Part shown: one piece after another, positions 47,466-57,343 of the stretch
Layout: each line of letters starts with the position of its first letter
Numbering within the stretch: the stretch's first letter is position 1
Assembly: GCA_963752505.1 (NCBI GenBank)
Contig: CAVVYM010000003.1
Location: 28,840 to 92,839, forward strand
Origin: an uncultured Actinomycetes bacterium
GTDB lineage: Bacteria > Actinomycetota > Actinomycetes > S36-B12 > UBA10799
DNA length: 64,000 bases
Reading direction: 5' to 3'
Program-made: the position numbers and the translations under genes
The notes under the pieces: generated by a model
What the model saw: the letters and a program-made list of their open reading frames with translations, nothing else
What the model was told of the DNA's origin: nothing
The model's database searches: none

Positions 47466-47504
47466 GAAGGTCAGGTATCCGCGACGTGCGGGTGCCTGAC
47501 CTTC
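47466..47504 (+). promoter_or_regulatory. intercistronic stem-loop between pstS and pstC
   Basis: A 10-bp perfect stem (GAAGGTCAGG / CCTGACCTTC) encloses a 19-nt loop with an inner CCGC/GCGG pair. No U-tract follows, so it is more likely an mRNA stabiliser or attenuator than a full terminator. Confidence 0.5.
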
Positions 47505-47535
47505 ACGCCGCTCGGCACCAACGAAAGGGCATGGA

Positions 47536-48522
47536 ATGGCGACTCTTACGAGACCGCCGGAGGACGATGCGCCGCCGTCGGAGATCAAGGGTTCGGCAGT
47601 CCGCAAGGGCGACCGAATCTTCCGCGGCGCTGCACTGTACGCCGGCACTGGAGTCCTCGTCGTCCTAGGCGCCATTGCGGTGTTCCTGGTGTGGCGGTCG
47701 ATTCCTTCGCTCACCACCGACTCGGTGAACTTCTTCACCTACCAGGAGTGGTTCCCCGACGACAACCCGCCGACGTTTGGCATCGCGGCACTGGCCTTCG
47801 GAACCTTCATGACGGCTGGCATCGCGATGCTGATCGCGATGCCAGTAGGTATCGGGGCGGCGCTCTTCATCGCCTTCTACGCGCCGCGCAGGCTTGCGAA
47901 CGCCATGGCTTTCATCATGGACGTGCTCGCCGCCGTGCCGTCAATCATCTTCGGCCTCTGGGGCCTGCAGTTCTTGATGCCCAACATGTTCGGCCTCACC
48001 AAGTGGCTGAACGACTACCTCGGTTTCATTCCGATCTTCGAGAACACGCAGGGCATCTACACCAAATCGATCTTCATCGCTTCCGTGGTGCTGGCCATCA
48101 TGATTCTGCCGACCATGTCGGCAATCACGCGTGAGGTCTTCATGCAGGTGCCGCAGGCACACCGCGAAGCCGCATTGGCGCTCGGCGCAACGCGTTGGGA
48201 GATGATCCGCGTGGCCGTCTTCCCGTTCGCGCGGCCGGGCATGATCTCCGGCGCCATGCTGGCACTGGGCCGCGCGCTCGGTGAGACCATCGCGGTCGCG
48301 CTGATCCTCTCGGCGCTCTTCACCATCAACTGGCATATCACCGAACCTGGCGGCAATACCTTCGCGGCCAATATCGCGCTGAAGTGGAATGAGGCCGGAC
48401 CCAACGGACTGAGCGCCCTGGTGGCGTCTGGCCTTGTGCTCTTCGTCATCACGATGGTCGTGAACATGACCGCGCGGTGGATCATCGCCCGGCGGGCCGA
48501 ATTCTCAGGAGCCAACTCATGA
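47536..48522 (+). CDS. pstC: phosphate ABC transporter permease PstC
   Basis: 328 aa, polytopic, with the EAA-like motif EAALALGATRWEMI. Confidence 0.92.
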   Translation: MATLTRPPEDDAPPSEIKGSAVRKGDRIFRGAALYAGTGVLVVLGAIAVFLVWRSIPSLTTDSVNFFTYQEWFPDDNPPTFGIAALAFGTFMTAGIAMLIAMPVGIGAALFIAFYAPRRLANAMAFIMDVLAAVPSIIFGLWGLQFLMPNMFGLTKWLNDYLGFIPIFENTQGIYTKSIFIASVVLAIMILPTMSAITREVFMQVPQAHREAALALGATRWEMIRVAVFPFARPGMISGAMLALGRALGETIAVALILSALFTINWHITEPGGNTFAANIALKWNEAGPNGLSALVASGLVLFVITMVVNMTARWIIARRAEFSGANS

Positions 48523-49592
48523 GTGCGACGCTGACCAAGCCCCCGGCCGACCCAGAGTCGCGCGGCGTGGAACTCACGGGAAAGACCCTGCCCCGCCTCG
48601 CTCCGCTGTACTCGGGTGTGGCTGCCATCCTGCTGGCATTGCTCCTCAATATCACCACGTCGGTTCAGGGTGTGGCCGGCACCGTGGTGGTGGCAGTGCT
48701 GCTGTTCGTCGTCGCGCAGACCGGCTGGTCGTTCGCCGTTGAGGGCAAGCGCCACGCGGCCGATCGGCTGGCCACGACGCTCATCTACGCCACGTTCGTG
48801 GCGGCGTTCGCAGCCCTGGTTGCCATTCTCAGCGTCACAATCGCCAAGGGCGTGGTGGCGCTGAGCCCTGACTTCTTCACCGACACGATGCGCAACGTAA
48901 GCCCCCGACGCGAAGGTGGTGGAATCGCGCACGCGTTAGTCGGCACGCTCGAGCAGGTCCTGATCGCGGCCGCCATCTCGGTGCCGGTGGGCATCATGAC
49001 CGCGGTCTACCTCGTCGAGTACGGGGCAGGCAAGCGCTTGAGCAAGGTGATCAGCTTCTTCGTCGATGTCATGACGGGTATTCCCTCCATCATCGCCGGC
49101 CTGTTCATCTACACCTTCTGGGTGTTGACCCTCGGCTTCGAACGGTCCGGGTTCGCCGCCTCGCTGGCCCTGACGATCCTGATGATCCCTACGGTCGTAC
49201 GCGCCACTGAGGAGATGCTGCGGATCGTTCCGAACGATCTGCGCGAAGCGTCGCTGGCGCTGGGTATTCCGAAGTGGAAGACGATCCTCAAGATCGTCAT
49301 CCCCACCGCGCTCGGGGGCATCATCACCGGGGTCATGCTCGCGGTAGCGCGCGTTGCTGGCGAGACGGCACCGCTGCTCTTGACGACGTTCCTCTCGCAG
49401 AACATGAACTGGAACCCGTTCTCCGGCCCGCAGGCCTCGCTGCCGACATTCGTGTGGGATCAGATCGCCAGCGGGACCAATGCTTCGCTCGATCGTGCGT
49501 GGGCGGGTGCATTAGTACTTATTCTTCTCGTGATGATCCTGTATCTAGGCGCCCGGATCGTCGCCCGCTTCTTTGCGCCGAAGACGTCCTAG
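48519..49592 (+). CDS. pstA: phosphate ABC transporter permease PstA
   Basis: ATG at 48519 overlaps the pstC stop (ATGA). 357 aa with the motif REASLALGIPKWKTI. Confidence 0.9.
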   Translation: MSATLTKPPADPESRGVELTGKTLPRLAPLYSGVAAILLALLLNITTSVQGVAGTVVVAVLLFVVAQTGWSFAVEGKRHAADRLATTLIYATFVAAFAALVAILSVTIAKGVVALSPDFFTDTMRNVSPRREGGGIAHALVGTLEQVLIAAAISVPVGIMTAVYLVEYGAGKRLSKVISFFVDVMTGIPSIIAGLFIYTFWVLTLGFERSGFAASLALTILMIPTVVRATEEMLRIVPNDLREASLALGIPKWKTILKIVIPTALGGIITGVMLAVARVAGETAPLLLTTFLSQNMNWNPFSGPQASLPTFVWDQIASGTNASLDRAWAGALVLILLVMILYLGARIVARFFAPKTS

Positions 49593-49608
49593 GATATTGG
49601 AGTAAAAG

Positions 49609-50502
49609 ATGGGTTCAGAAGGACAGGCGCCAGTTAGACTCAGCGTCCAGTCGGCAGTGGGGGCTTCAGCGGAGGGCAAAGTGACGGCGCAGAAGGTACA
49701 CGAGGTGTCGGCGCCGTCGCGCGCAAAGCGCATGGACCTCAACGATGTCAACATCTACTACGGCAAGTTCCTTGCCGTGGAGGGCGTCAACCTGCCCATC
49801 GAACCGCGGGCTGTGACAGCGTTCATCGGGCCCTCGGGCTGTGGCAAGTCGACGGTGTTGCGGGCGCTGAACCGGCTGCACGAGGTGATTCCCGGGGCAT
49901 ACGTCACCGGCGAGGTGCTGCTCGACGGTCAGGACATCTATGCGTCCAACGTCGACCCGGTGAACGTGCGGCGCACCGTGGGCATGGTGTTCCAGCGCCC
50001 CAACCCGTTCCCCACCATGAGCATCTACGACAACGTCATCGCCGGGCTCAAGCTTGAAAAGGGCCGGCGGATCCGAAAGTCCGAGACCGACGTCGTGGTG
50101 GAAAGGTCGCTGCGCGGCGCCAACCTGTGGAACGAGGTCAAGGATCGTCTGAAGGCGCCGGGGGCCGGGCTGTCCGGTGGTCAGCAGCAGCGGCTGTGCA
50201 TCGCCCGTGCGATCGCCGTGGAGCCGGAGGTGCTGCTCATGGACGAGCCGGCGTCGGCGTTGGACCCGATCTCCACCCTGGCGATCGAGGACCTCGTACA
50301 CGAACTGAAGACCGAGTTCACCATTGTGATCGTCACGCACAACATGCAGCAGGCCGCGCGCGTTTCAGACACCACGGCCTTCTACAACCTCGCCGGCATC
50401 GGCCAGCCGGGCAAACTCATTGAGTACGGGCCCACGCAGGAGATCTTCTCCAGCCCGCAGGAGAAGCAGACCGAGGACTACATCTCGGGACGCTTCGGCT
50501 GA
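49609..50502 (+). CDS. pstB: phosphate ABC transporter ATP-binding protein PstB
   Basis: Walker [10 protein letters not shown], signature LSGGQQQR, Walker [16 protein letters not shown] lies 6 nt upstream of ATG at 49609. The N-terminus is about 40 aa longer than typical PstB, so a later start is possible. Confidence 0.9.
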   Translation: MGSEGQAPVRLSVQSAVGASAEGKVTAQKVHEVSAPSRAKRMDLNDVNIYYGKFLAVEGVNLPIEPRAVTAFIGPSGCGKSTVLRALNRLHEVIPGAYVTGEVLLDGQDIYASNVDPVNVRRTVGMVFQRPNPFPTMSIYDNVIAGLKLEKGRRIRKSETDVVVERSLRGANLWNEVKDRLKAPGAGLSGGQQQRLCIARAIAVEPEVLLMDEPASALDPISTLAIEDLVHELKTEFTIVIVTHNMQQAARVSDTTAFYNLAGIGQPGKLIEYGPTQEIFSSPQEKQTEDYISGRFG

Positions 50503-50512
50503 GCCGTCAGTG

Positions 50513-51436
50513 TCACTTGGCGGAGGACGGGAAAGGCCCCGCCTTGGGGAGCAGACTCGGCACTGGCCGGTCCAGGACGCCGGCAAGCCACTCTGAGGCT
50601 CGGCACAACTCGTCGAGGTCCAGTCCGGTGTCGACCCCGGACCGCTCGAGGGCGAACACGAGGTCCTCGGTAGCGATATTGCCGGTGGCGTTCGGCGCGA
50701 AGGGGCAACCGCCGATGCCGCCCAGCGACGAATCGAGCACCCCGACGCCGGCCTCGTAGGCTGCCAGGGCGCTCGCGTAGCCGGTGTTGCGGGTGTTGTG
50801 CACGTGCACGCGCAGCCCCACGGGCTGCGTGGCGACGGCCCCTTGAACCGCCGCGACCCGGGTCAGCACATCCCGGGGCACCGCGACGCCGATGGTGTCG
50901 GCAATGGCGATCTCGTCGACACCGGTCGCCGCCAGTTGCCCGGCGATGTCGGCGACGAGGGACACCGGTACTTCTCCGGTGTAGGGGCAGCCGAAACTGG
51001 CCGACATGGTCACTGACGTCTTCAATCCGGCGGCGTGTGCGGCCGGGGTCACGGCAGCGACCGTGGCAATGGCATCGTGGGTGCTCATCCCCTGATTCCG
51101 CTGCGAGAACTCGTCGGTGACCATGACCACCAAGTTGATCTCCTGCAACGCGGTCTGCGCGGCGCGCGTAAATCCGCGCTCGTTGAGCACGAGACCGATG
51201 TAGGACGCGCGCTGATCCCGCTCAAGGCCGGCAATGACCGCCTCCGCATCCGCCATCTGGGGAACCCGCTTTGGGTTCACGAAACTGGCCACCTCGATGC
51301 GTTGCACACCGGCGGCGATGCACCGGTTGATGAGGTCGATCTTCTGAGCGGTGGAAAGCAGGGCGGGATCATTTTGCAGGCCGTCCCGGGGGGCGACCTC
51401 GACGATGGTGACCGATTCGGGATGGGTGGTGCTCAT
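50513..51436 (-). CDS. hydroxymethylglutaryl-CoA lyase (HMGL-like family)
   Basis: 307 aa reading IVEVAPRDGLQN...IEVASFVNPKRVPQMAD...HVHNTRNTGYA...GGCPFAP, typical of the family. Confidence 0.85.
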   Translation of the reverse strand: MSTTHPESVTIVEVAPRDGLQNDPALLSTAQKIDLINRCIAAGVQRIEVASFVNPKRVPQMADAEAVIAGLERDQRASYIGLVLNERGFTRAAQTALQEINLVVMVTDEFSQRNQGMSTHDAIATVAAVTPAAHAAGLKTSVTMSASFGCPYTGEVPVSLVADIAGQLAATGVDEIAIADTIGVAVPRDVLTRVAAVQGAVATQPVGLRVHVHNTRNTGYASALAAYEAGVGVLDSSLGGIGGCPFAPNATGNIATEDLVFALERSGVDTGLDLDELCRASEWLAGVLDRPVPSLLPKAGPFPSSAK

Positions 51437-51445
51437 CCCGTGATC

Positions 51446-52375
51446 CTAGTCCGAGGGCGTTCCAACGCCCGACTTCTCCTCGGTGGTCGATGACCAGGTG
51501 GGCAGCGGCCGCGGGGTCCGTCCGGTGGCCATCGTGCGCCACTTCAGCGCCGGGCGCATACCCCAGCGGCGTACCAGGAGGAAGATGGCGATGCCGAAGG
51601 CGGTAGCCAGGAAATGGCCGAGGTCCCACAGCGTGGGCACGACTATCAGCGGCACCACGACCGTGAGGAGCAGGGCGCTGGCGAACCACCATCGCCACGC
51701 CTTGCCCACCACGAAGAGGTAGGCACCGGAGCAGCCCACCATGACGTAACTGACGCCTACGTCCTGGGTCACCACGGTGGCGGGCGCCAGCAACTGGGAA
51801 CGAATCAGCACGCTCTCGAGGGCGACGATCACCAACGACCCCGCGACGTGCGCGCCAGCGCCGACCAGGACCACCCGTGCTGATCCGATGCGCTGCTCCA
51901 GCCGGCTGATGATCAGCACGTAGACGGCGACGTAGCCGAGGTAGAAGAAGCCGTAGTCGGCCACTATGAACGCACTGCTGAACAGCACCCGCACCGGTTC
52001 GGTGACGATACCCATGATGTTCGTGCTGTTGAACCGGTTGAGCACCCCCGCGACGGTCGTTGGCGTCCCCTGGAAGATCACCGTGGTTACGGTCCAGGTG
52101 GCGATGTAGACGAAGGTGACCGGAGCCAGGGCGAGCCAGCTGCGCAACGCCTGGACCCATGGATCGCACCTGTTGTACAGCCGCACGGCCGGTGAGTCTG
52201 AGCCCCACCGGGCGCCCGCGCGCCATTTCACGAGGAACCACACAAGCGCGAGAAACGCGACGACGAGGCAAGTCCACAAGGCCGAATTCGGCCCCTCGTT
52301 CGTTGCCTCGAGAACCACCGACGGCTCCGCCTGGATCGGGAACGCGCCTTCCGCGAGCGCGACCCCCACGATCAT
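51446..52375 (-). CDS. polytopic membrane protein, rhomboid-like
   Basis: 309 aa with about 7 TM helices, a GVSY motif and a late LGHF motif reminiscent of the rhomboid Ser/His arrangement. The ATG overlaps the glgC stop (ATGA). The assignment is tentative. Confidence 0.45.
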   Translation of the reverse strand: MIVGVALAEGAFPIQAEPSVVLEATNEGPNSALWTCLVVAFLALVWFLVKWRAGARWGSDSPAVRLYNRCDPWVQALRSWLALAPVTFVYIATWTVTTVIFQGTPTTVAGVLNRFNSTNIMGIVTEPVRVLFSSAFIVADYGFFYLGYVAVYVLIISRLEQRIGSARVVLVGAGAHVAGSLVIVALESVLIRSQLLAPATVVTQDVGVSYVMVGCSGAYLFVVGKAWRWWFASALLLTVVVPLIVVPTLWDLGHFLATAFGIAIFLLVRRWGMRPALKWRTMATGRTPRPLPTWSSTTEEKSGVGTPSD

Positions 52376-53598
52376 TGCTGGGTGACCGCGACGCCCTTAC
52401 CGATCACCACGATGCCACCGGGCGAGACGGTGTAGCGGTGTCGATCGCCCTCGATGTCCACACCTAACTGGGCGTGATCACCAACGGTCACGTATCTGTC
52501 CAACACGGCGTTGCGAATCACGGCGCCTTCCCCGATGCGGACGCCGGGCATCACCACGCAGCCCTCCAAGTAGGCGCCCTGGGCGATGCGCACATCCTGG
52601 GCGATAACCGAGTTGCGCACGTGTGCGCCGGACACGATGGTGCCGGCACCCACCATGGACTCGTGGGCGTTGCCGCCGTAGACGAACTTGGCGGGCGGTA
52701 GTGGTGGAAGGTTGGTGAGGATCGGCCACTGCCGGTTGTACAGGTTGAACACCGGATGCACGCTGACGAGATCCATATGTGCATCGTGGTAGGCGTCGAG
52801 CGTTCCAACGTCGCGCCAGTAGCCGTGGTCTCGTTCCGTCTCGCCTGGCACAACGTTCGCGTCGAAGTCGTAGACCGCAGCGCGGCCCTCCTCGGTCAGC
52901 ATGGGGATGATGTTGCCGCCCATGTCGTGGACCGAACCCTCGTCGCCTGCGTCGATCTTCAGCGACTCGATAAGGACATCGGCCGAGAAGATGTAGTTGC
53001 CCATCGAGACGTAGGACATGCTCGGATCGTCCGGGATGCCCGGCGGGTCCGACGGCTTCTCAAGGAAGGCTTCAATCGCCACCCCGTCGGGTGCGGTCTG
53101 AATGACCCCGAACTGGTCGGCGGTCTCGCGCGGCATCCGGATGCCGGCCACGGTCACACCGGCACCCGTGGCGATGTGATGGTCGAGCATCTGGCGGGGG
53201 TCCATGCGGTAGACGTTGTCTGCGCCGAACACAACCACGTAGTCCGGGCGCTCGTCGTAGACCAGGTTGAGGCTCTGGAAGATGGCGTCGGCCGAGCCCG
53301 TGTACCACCGGGGTCCGAGCCGCTGCTGGGCGGGCACCGGGGTGATGTAGTCGCCCAACAGCGTCGACATGCGCCAGGTGGTGGTGATGTGCCGGTCGAG
53401 CGAATGCGACTTGTACTGGGTCAGTACGGCGATCCGTAAGAAGCCAGCGTTGACCATGTTGGACAGCACGAAATCGACCAGGCGATACGAACCGCCGAAC
53501 GGAACGGCTGGCTTGGCACGGTCGGCCGTCAGGGGCATCAGGCGCTTGCCTTCGCCGCCGGCAAGGACGATTCCTAGGACTCTCGGACTCTTGCGCAC
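52372..53598 (-). CDS. glgC: glucose-1-phosphate adenylyltransferase
   Basis: 408 aa reading [39 protein letters not shown], with a C-terminal left-handed beta-helix. Confidence 0.95.
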   Translation of the reverse strand: MRKSPRVLGIVLAGGEGKRLMPLTADRAKPAVPFGGSYRLVDFVLSNMVNAGFLRIAVLTQYKSHSLDRHITTTWRMSTLLGDYITPVPAQQRLGPRWYTGSADAIFQSLNLVYDERPDYVVVFGADNVYRMDPRQMLDHHIATGAGVTVAGIRMPRETADQFGVIQTAPDGVAIEAFLEKPSDPPGIPDDPSMSYVSMGNYIFSADVLIESLKIDAGDEGSVHDMGGNIIPMLTEEGRAAVYDFDANVVPGETERDHGYWRDVGTLDAYHDAHMDLVSVHPVFNLYNRQWPILTNLPPLPPAKFVYGGNAHESMVGAGTIVSGAHVRNSVIAQDVRIAQGAYLEGCVVMPGVRIGEGAVIRNAVLDRYVTVGDHAQLGVDIEGDRHRYTVSPGGIVVIGKGVAVTQQ

Positions 53599-53670
53599 AC
53601 ACCCAACCTATCGGGTTTGATGCCTAGTTCGCAGCGCCAAAAGCACCCGCCAAACCTTACCCTTGCAGGC

Positions 53671-54831
53671 GTGAGAGCAGCCGTGATTACCAAGGAATGG
53701 CCACCGGACAACTACGGTGGCGCTGGCGTGCACGTCGAGTATCTGGTGCGTGAACTGCGCACCCTGATCGAAGTCGACGTGCACTGCTTCGGCGCCCCGC
53801 GCCCCGACGCCACTGCCCACGAGGTGCCGGCCAACCTTCGCGGGGCGAATCCAGCGCTGGAGACCCTCGGAGTCGACCTCGACATCGTGGCGGGCCTGGC
53901 CGAGGTGGACGTGACCCATAGCCACACCTGGTACGCCAACCTGGCCGGTCACATCGGGGGCCTCATGGAGGGCGTCCCGCATGTGATCACAGCCCACTCA
54001 TTGGAGCCGCGCCGGCCATGGAAAGAAGAGCAGCTCGGCGGTGGCTACCGCGTTTCCTCATGGGTCGAGCGAACGGCCTACGAGAATGCCGCCGCCATCA
54101 TCGCGGTGAGCCACGGGATGCGTGCCGACGTCCTCGACTGCTACCCGAATGTCGACCCGGCCAAGGTGTACGTGGTGCACAACGGAATCGATACCGAGCA
54201 GTATCGACCGATGAGTTCCACGGCGGCACTGGAACGACTCGGGGTGCCCACCGACGAACCGTACGTGCTGTTTGTCGGCCGCATCACGCGGCAGAAGGGC
54301 ATCAACCACCTGCTCGCCGCCGCCCGCGAGTTCGCGCCGGGCATTCCACTGGTGCTGGCGGCCTCGTCGCCGGATACCCCCGAGATGGGGCAAGAGGTGG
54401 CCGATGCTGTTGACCAACTGAACGCCACCCGCGGCGGGGTCTACTGGTTGGACACCCAACTAGATCGCAGCGACGTGATCGAGCTCCTCAGCCACGCGCT
54501 GTTGTTCGCCTGCCCCTCGGTCTACGAACCGCTCGGCATCGTCAACCTCGAGGCCATGGCTTGCGAGACACCCGTGGTTGCCAGTGCAGTCGGCGGCATC
54601 CCCGAGGTGGTGGTGGACGGTGAAACCGGGCTGCTGGTCGAGTACACGCCGGACGACACCGCCGGATTCGAATCGCGCATCGCCGCTGCCGTCAATGAAG
54701 TGGCGGCCGATCGGGATCGGGCGTCGGCAATGGGCAAGGCCGGTCGAGAGCGTGCGGTGACCCAGTTCGGTTGGCACGCCATCGCGGAGCGCACGGTGGA
54801 GGTCTACCGGGCCGCGGGGGCGAAGGGCTGA
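53671..54831 (+). CDS. glgA: glycogen synthase / ADP-glucose-dependent alpha-maltose-1-phosphate synthase (GlgA/GlgM, GT4)
   Basis: GTG at 53671 gives VRAAVITKEWPPDNYGGAGVHVEYL. The protein has the GT-B motif FVGRITRQKG...EPLGIVNLEAMA and lies divergent to glgC. Confidence 0.85.
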   Translation: MRAAVITKEWPPDNYGGAGVHVEYLVRELRTLIEVDVHCFGAPRPDATAHEVPANLRGANPALETLGVDLDIVAGLAEVDVTHSHTWYANLAGHIGGLMEGVPHVITAHSLEPRRPWKEEQLGGGYRVSSWVERTAYENAAAIIAVSHGMRADVLDCYPNVDPAKVYVVHNGIDTEQYRPMSSTAALERLGVPTDEPYVLFVGRITRQKGINHLLAAAREFAPGIPLVLAASSPDTPEMGQEVADAVDQLNATRGGVYWLDTQLDRSDVIELLSHALLFACPSVYEPLGIVNLEAMACETPVVASAVGGIPEVVVDGETGLLVEYTPDDTAGFESRIAAAVNEVAADRDRASAMGKAGRERAVTQFGWHAIAERTVEVYRAAGAKG

Positions 54832-54928
54832 GCTTCACGCCGCCGCCCGAAAGTCATTGCGCTGCGGGCTCGCCCTGCGGTCGTGCGACGCCCTAGTGTT
54901 GGGTGCGTTACGCACACAGGAGGCAGTC

Positions 54929-55357
54929 ATGGTCGTGGGACCGGTCGAGGTCGTTGTAGTCAAGTTCCCTGGAAGCAAATTCAACGGGGAGATCGGCCCG
55001 GCACTTGCCGACACTGTCGAGAACGGTGACGTCCGGATCCTCGATCTCGTGTTCGTCATTCGAGAATCTGAGGATGAGTACGAGGTCATCGAACTCGACG
55101 ACATCGGCGACGACGGTATCGACGACCTGAACGATGGCGCGGGATCGCCGGGGAGTCTGCTCTCCGACGAGGATCTCGACAACATCAGCGACCAGCTCGA
55201 GGTCGGCTCGTCCGCCGTGGCAATCGTGTTCGAACATGCCTGGGCGACTCGTTTGGCTTCCGCCGTGCGTGACTCGAAGGGGGAGATCGTGCTCCAGCAG
55301 CGCATCCCCGCAGAAGTGGTGGAGGCGGTGCTGCTCCTCGCCCGTGAGGAGGACTGA
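54929..55357 (+). CDS. DUF1269/DUF6325-like acidic protein
   Basis: ATG at 54929 after AGGAGG. 142 aa reading VGPVEVVVVKFPGSKFNGEIGPAL...VRILDLVFV...SAVAIVFEHAWA. The family name is from memory. Confidence 0.5.
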   Translation: MVVGPVEVVVVKFPGSKFNGEIGPALADTVENGDVRILDLVFVIRESEDEYEVIELDDIGDDGIDDLNDGAGSPGSLLSDEDLDNISDQLEVGSSAVAIVFEHAWATRLASAVRDSKGEIVLQQRIPAEVVEAVLLLAREED

Positions 55358-55426
55358 CCGACGGACAACTGTCCGGTCGCGTCGGAACCGACCGCCACCC
55401 CAGTGGACAACAAGGAGTGAAGCGAC

Positions 55427-55738
55427 ATGTACGGACGTCGAAGGGGCCGACCCGGTCTGCTCGGCACTATGGCGCGCACCGCTGTGGTGGCCGGCACGGC
55501 CACGGCCACAGCCGGAGCGGTCAGCAGCCGGCAGGCGAACAAGCAGGCTCAGAAGCAGGCCGCAGCCGATCAGCAGGCGCAGCAGCAGGCAGCCGCCGCA
55601 CCGCCAACGGAGGCTCCCGCGACTGGACTCAGTGAGGACACGATCGCGAAACTGAAGCAACTCGGTGACCTCAAGGCCTCCGGCGTGCTCTCCGACGAGG
55701 AGTTCGCTGCCGCCAAGGCCAAGTTGTTGGGCGTCTAG
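55427..55738 (+). CDS. SHOCT domain-containing protein
   Basis: 103 aa with an RBS AAGGAG, an Ala/Gln-rich linker and a C-terminal SHOCT motif (IAKLKQLGDLKASGVLSDEEFAAAKAKLLG). Confidence 0.75.
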   Translation: MYGRRRGRPGLLGTMARTAVVAGTATATAGAVSSRQANKQAQKQAAADQQAQQQAAAAPPTEAPATGLSEDTIAKLKQLGDLKASGVLSDEEFAAAKAKLLGV

Positions 55739-55747
55739 AGGCCAGCG

Positions 55748-57259
55748 GTGGGTACCAACGACCCGCGCGACCCACAGCGTGGGGTCGCATTCCCGCTGGA
55801 CGCGGAGGGAAACGCCAGCACCACGGCCGTCGGTCGGCGGGCATGTGCGGTGGCCGGCGGCGCCGTCGACAAGAAGCTTGCGGCCAGAATCGCCGCGGTC
55901 TCGAACTGGCGCTCTGGCTACCTCAAGCCGTTTCGTGAACTGACGGAAGCGGCGGCCGTGTCCTACGACAACGCGGTGTCGCTGAGCCAGGCCGGTTTGG
56001 ACTACCTCCGCGACACTATGCAGTTCACCCGCGATGGCGAGTCGGTGCCGCTGCGGTCGATGCCTGCGGCGCAGGGCGCGTCCCTGCGCACGGTGACGGT
56101 GAGCGGTTCGAAGGAACCCGTCACCGAACTCGTCGTCCCCTTCGAAGGCAAACGCTTGGCGGGCGACGACCTGCGCCGTACGCTCGATAAGTGGGTGGCC
56201 GACGGGGTGGTCGAACCTGGATTCGCAGCCGCGGTGGACCTCGTGGCTCAGAACCCCGACTGGCTCGACACCTCGGATGTGTCCGTTGTGGTGCTAGGAG
56301 TCGGCGCCGAGATGGGCCCCGCCTTCTCGCTGCTTCGATGGGGCGGTCGAGTGGTCGGCGTGGATCTGCCGAATCCCGCGATCTGGAAGCGATTGATAAA
56401 TTCCGCACGTGATTCGGCGGGCACGCTGGAGATACCGGTGCCGGTTGAGTTGGACGACCAAGCGACCGAGACCGAGATCATCGATTCGGCCGGTACGGAC
56501 CTGATCGCCCGGACCCCCGAGGTGCTTGAACTCCTGCGCGGGATCGATGGGCCGATGGTGTTGGGCAACTATCTGTACGCCGACGGCGGCCTGCATGTGC
56601 GGGTGTCCATGGCGGCCGACGCTTTGGCCATGGGGCTGGCCGATCGTGCCGACGAACTCATGTTGGCGTATCTGGCCACCCCCACGGACGCGTTCGCGGT
56701 GCCGTGGCGCGATGTGGAGATCGCCAGAGGGCGTTGGACGCACCGGCGCACGAAGTTGCTTCAGCCGCCGCTGCACCTGTTCGGCGCCTTCGCCAAGAAC
56801 TATGCGCATACCGTGACCGCGGTGGATGGCACCCAATACGGCATCGCCGACTGCCTCGTGCCCCAGCAGGGACCCAACTACGCGCTGGCCAAACGATTGC
56901 AGCGGTGGCGCTCGGTGGTGGCCCGCGATGCTGGCGTGCGGGTTTCGCTGAACGTTGCACCCGCAACGCGGACTCGGTCGGTGGTGAAGAACCGCGCGCT
57001 GGCCGCGGCCTACGCGGGAGCGCATCGCTTTGGCATCCGGGTCTTCGACCCGAGCACGGCGAACACGCTAATGGCGGCGATGTTGGTGCACGACCTGCGC
57101 AACCCCGGCGCGGCCGCGAATCCGGCCGTCGAGCTGGCGAATCCGATGAACCTCTTCTCCGCTGCGGCCAACCACGGAGGTTTGTGGACCACTGGCTACG
57201 AGCCCCGCTCCGTGCTCGGATTCGCGGCTGCGCTTGGCATGTTCGAGTCGCGGGCGTAG
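55748..57259 (+). CDS. conserved hypothetical protein with Rossmann-like GxGxxG segment
   Basis: 503 aa with a GTG start 9 nt after the SHOCT gene. It contains VVVLGVGAEMGP...GGRVVGVDL (a dinucleotide-binding-like beta-alpha-beta). No family was recognised. Confidence 0.5.
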   Translation: MGTNDPRDPQRGVAFPLDAEGNASTTAVGRRACAVAGGAVDKKLAARIAAVSNWRSGYLKPFRELTEAAAVSYDNAVSLSQAGLDYLRDTMQFTRDGESVPLRSMPAAQGASLRTVTVSGSKEPVTELVVPFEGKRLAGDDLRRTLDKWVADGVVEPGFAAAVDLVAQNPDWLDTSDVSVVVLGVGAEMGPAFSLLRWGGRVVGVDLPNPAIWKRLINSARDSAGTLEIPVPVELDDQATETEIIDSAGTDLIARTPEVLELLRGIDGPMVLGNYLYADGGLHVRVSMAADALAMGLADRADELMLAYLATPTDAFAVPWRDVEIARGRWTHRRTKLLQPPLHLFGAFAKNYAHTVTAVDGTQYGIADCLVPQQGPNYALAKRLQRWRSVVARDAGVRVSLNVAPATRTRSVVKNRALAAAYAGAHRFGIRVFDPSTANTLMAAMLVHDLRNPGAAANPAVELANPMNLFSAAANHGGLWTTGYEPRSVLGFAAALGMFESRA

Positions 57260-57309
57260 CCGAAAGGCCAGCCTCGGGAATATCAGGTGGCGGTGTTTCG
57301 TTTTGGGGC

Positions 57310-57315
57310 TAGAAT
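57310..57315 (+). promoter_or_regulatory. candidate -10 hexamer TAGAAT upstream of the pirin gene
   Basis: It sits in an AT-rich island (ctagaatagtttaagtctc) in otherwise GC-rich DNA, 28 nt upstream of the ATG and followed by a GGAGGA RBS. Confidence 0.3.
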
Positions 57316-57343
57316 AGTTTAAGTCTCAACCAATGGAGGACCA

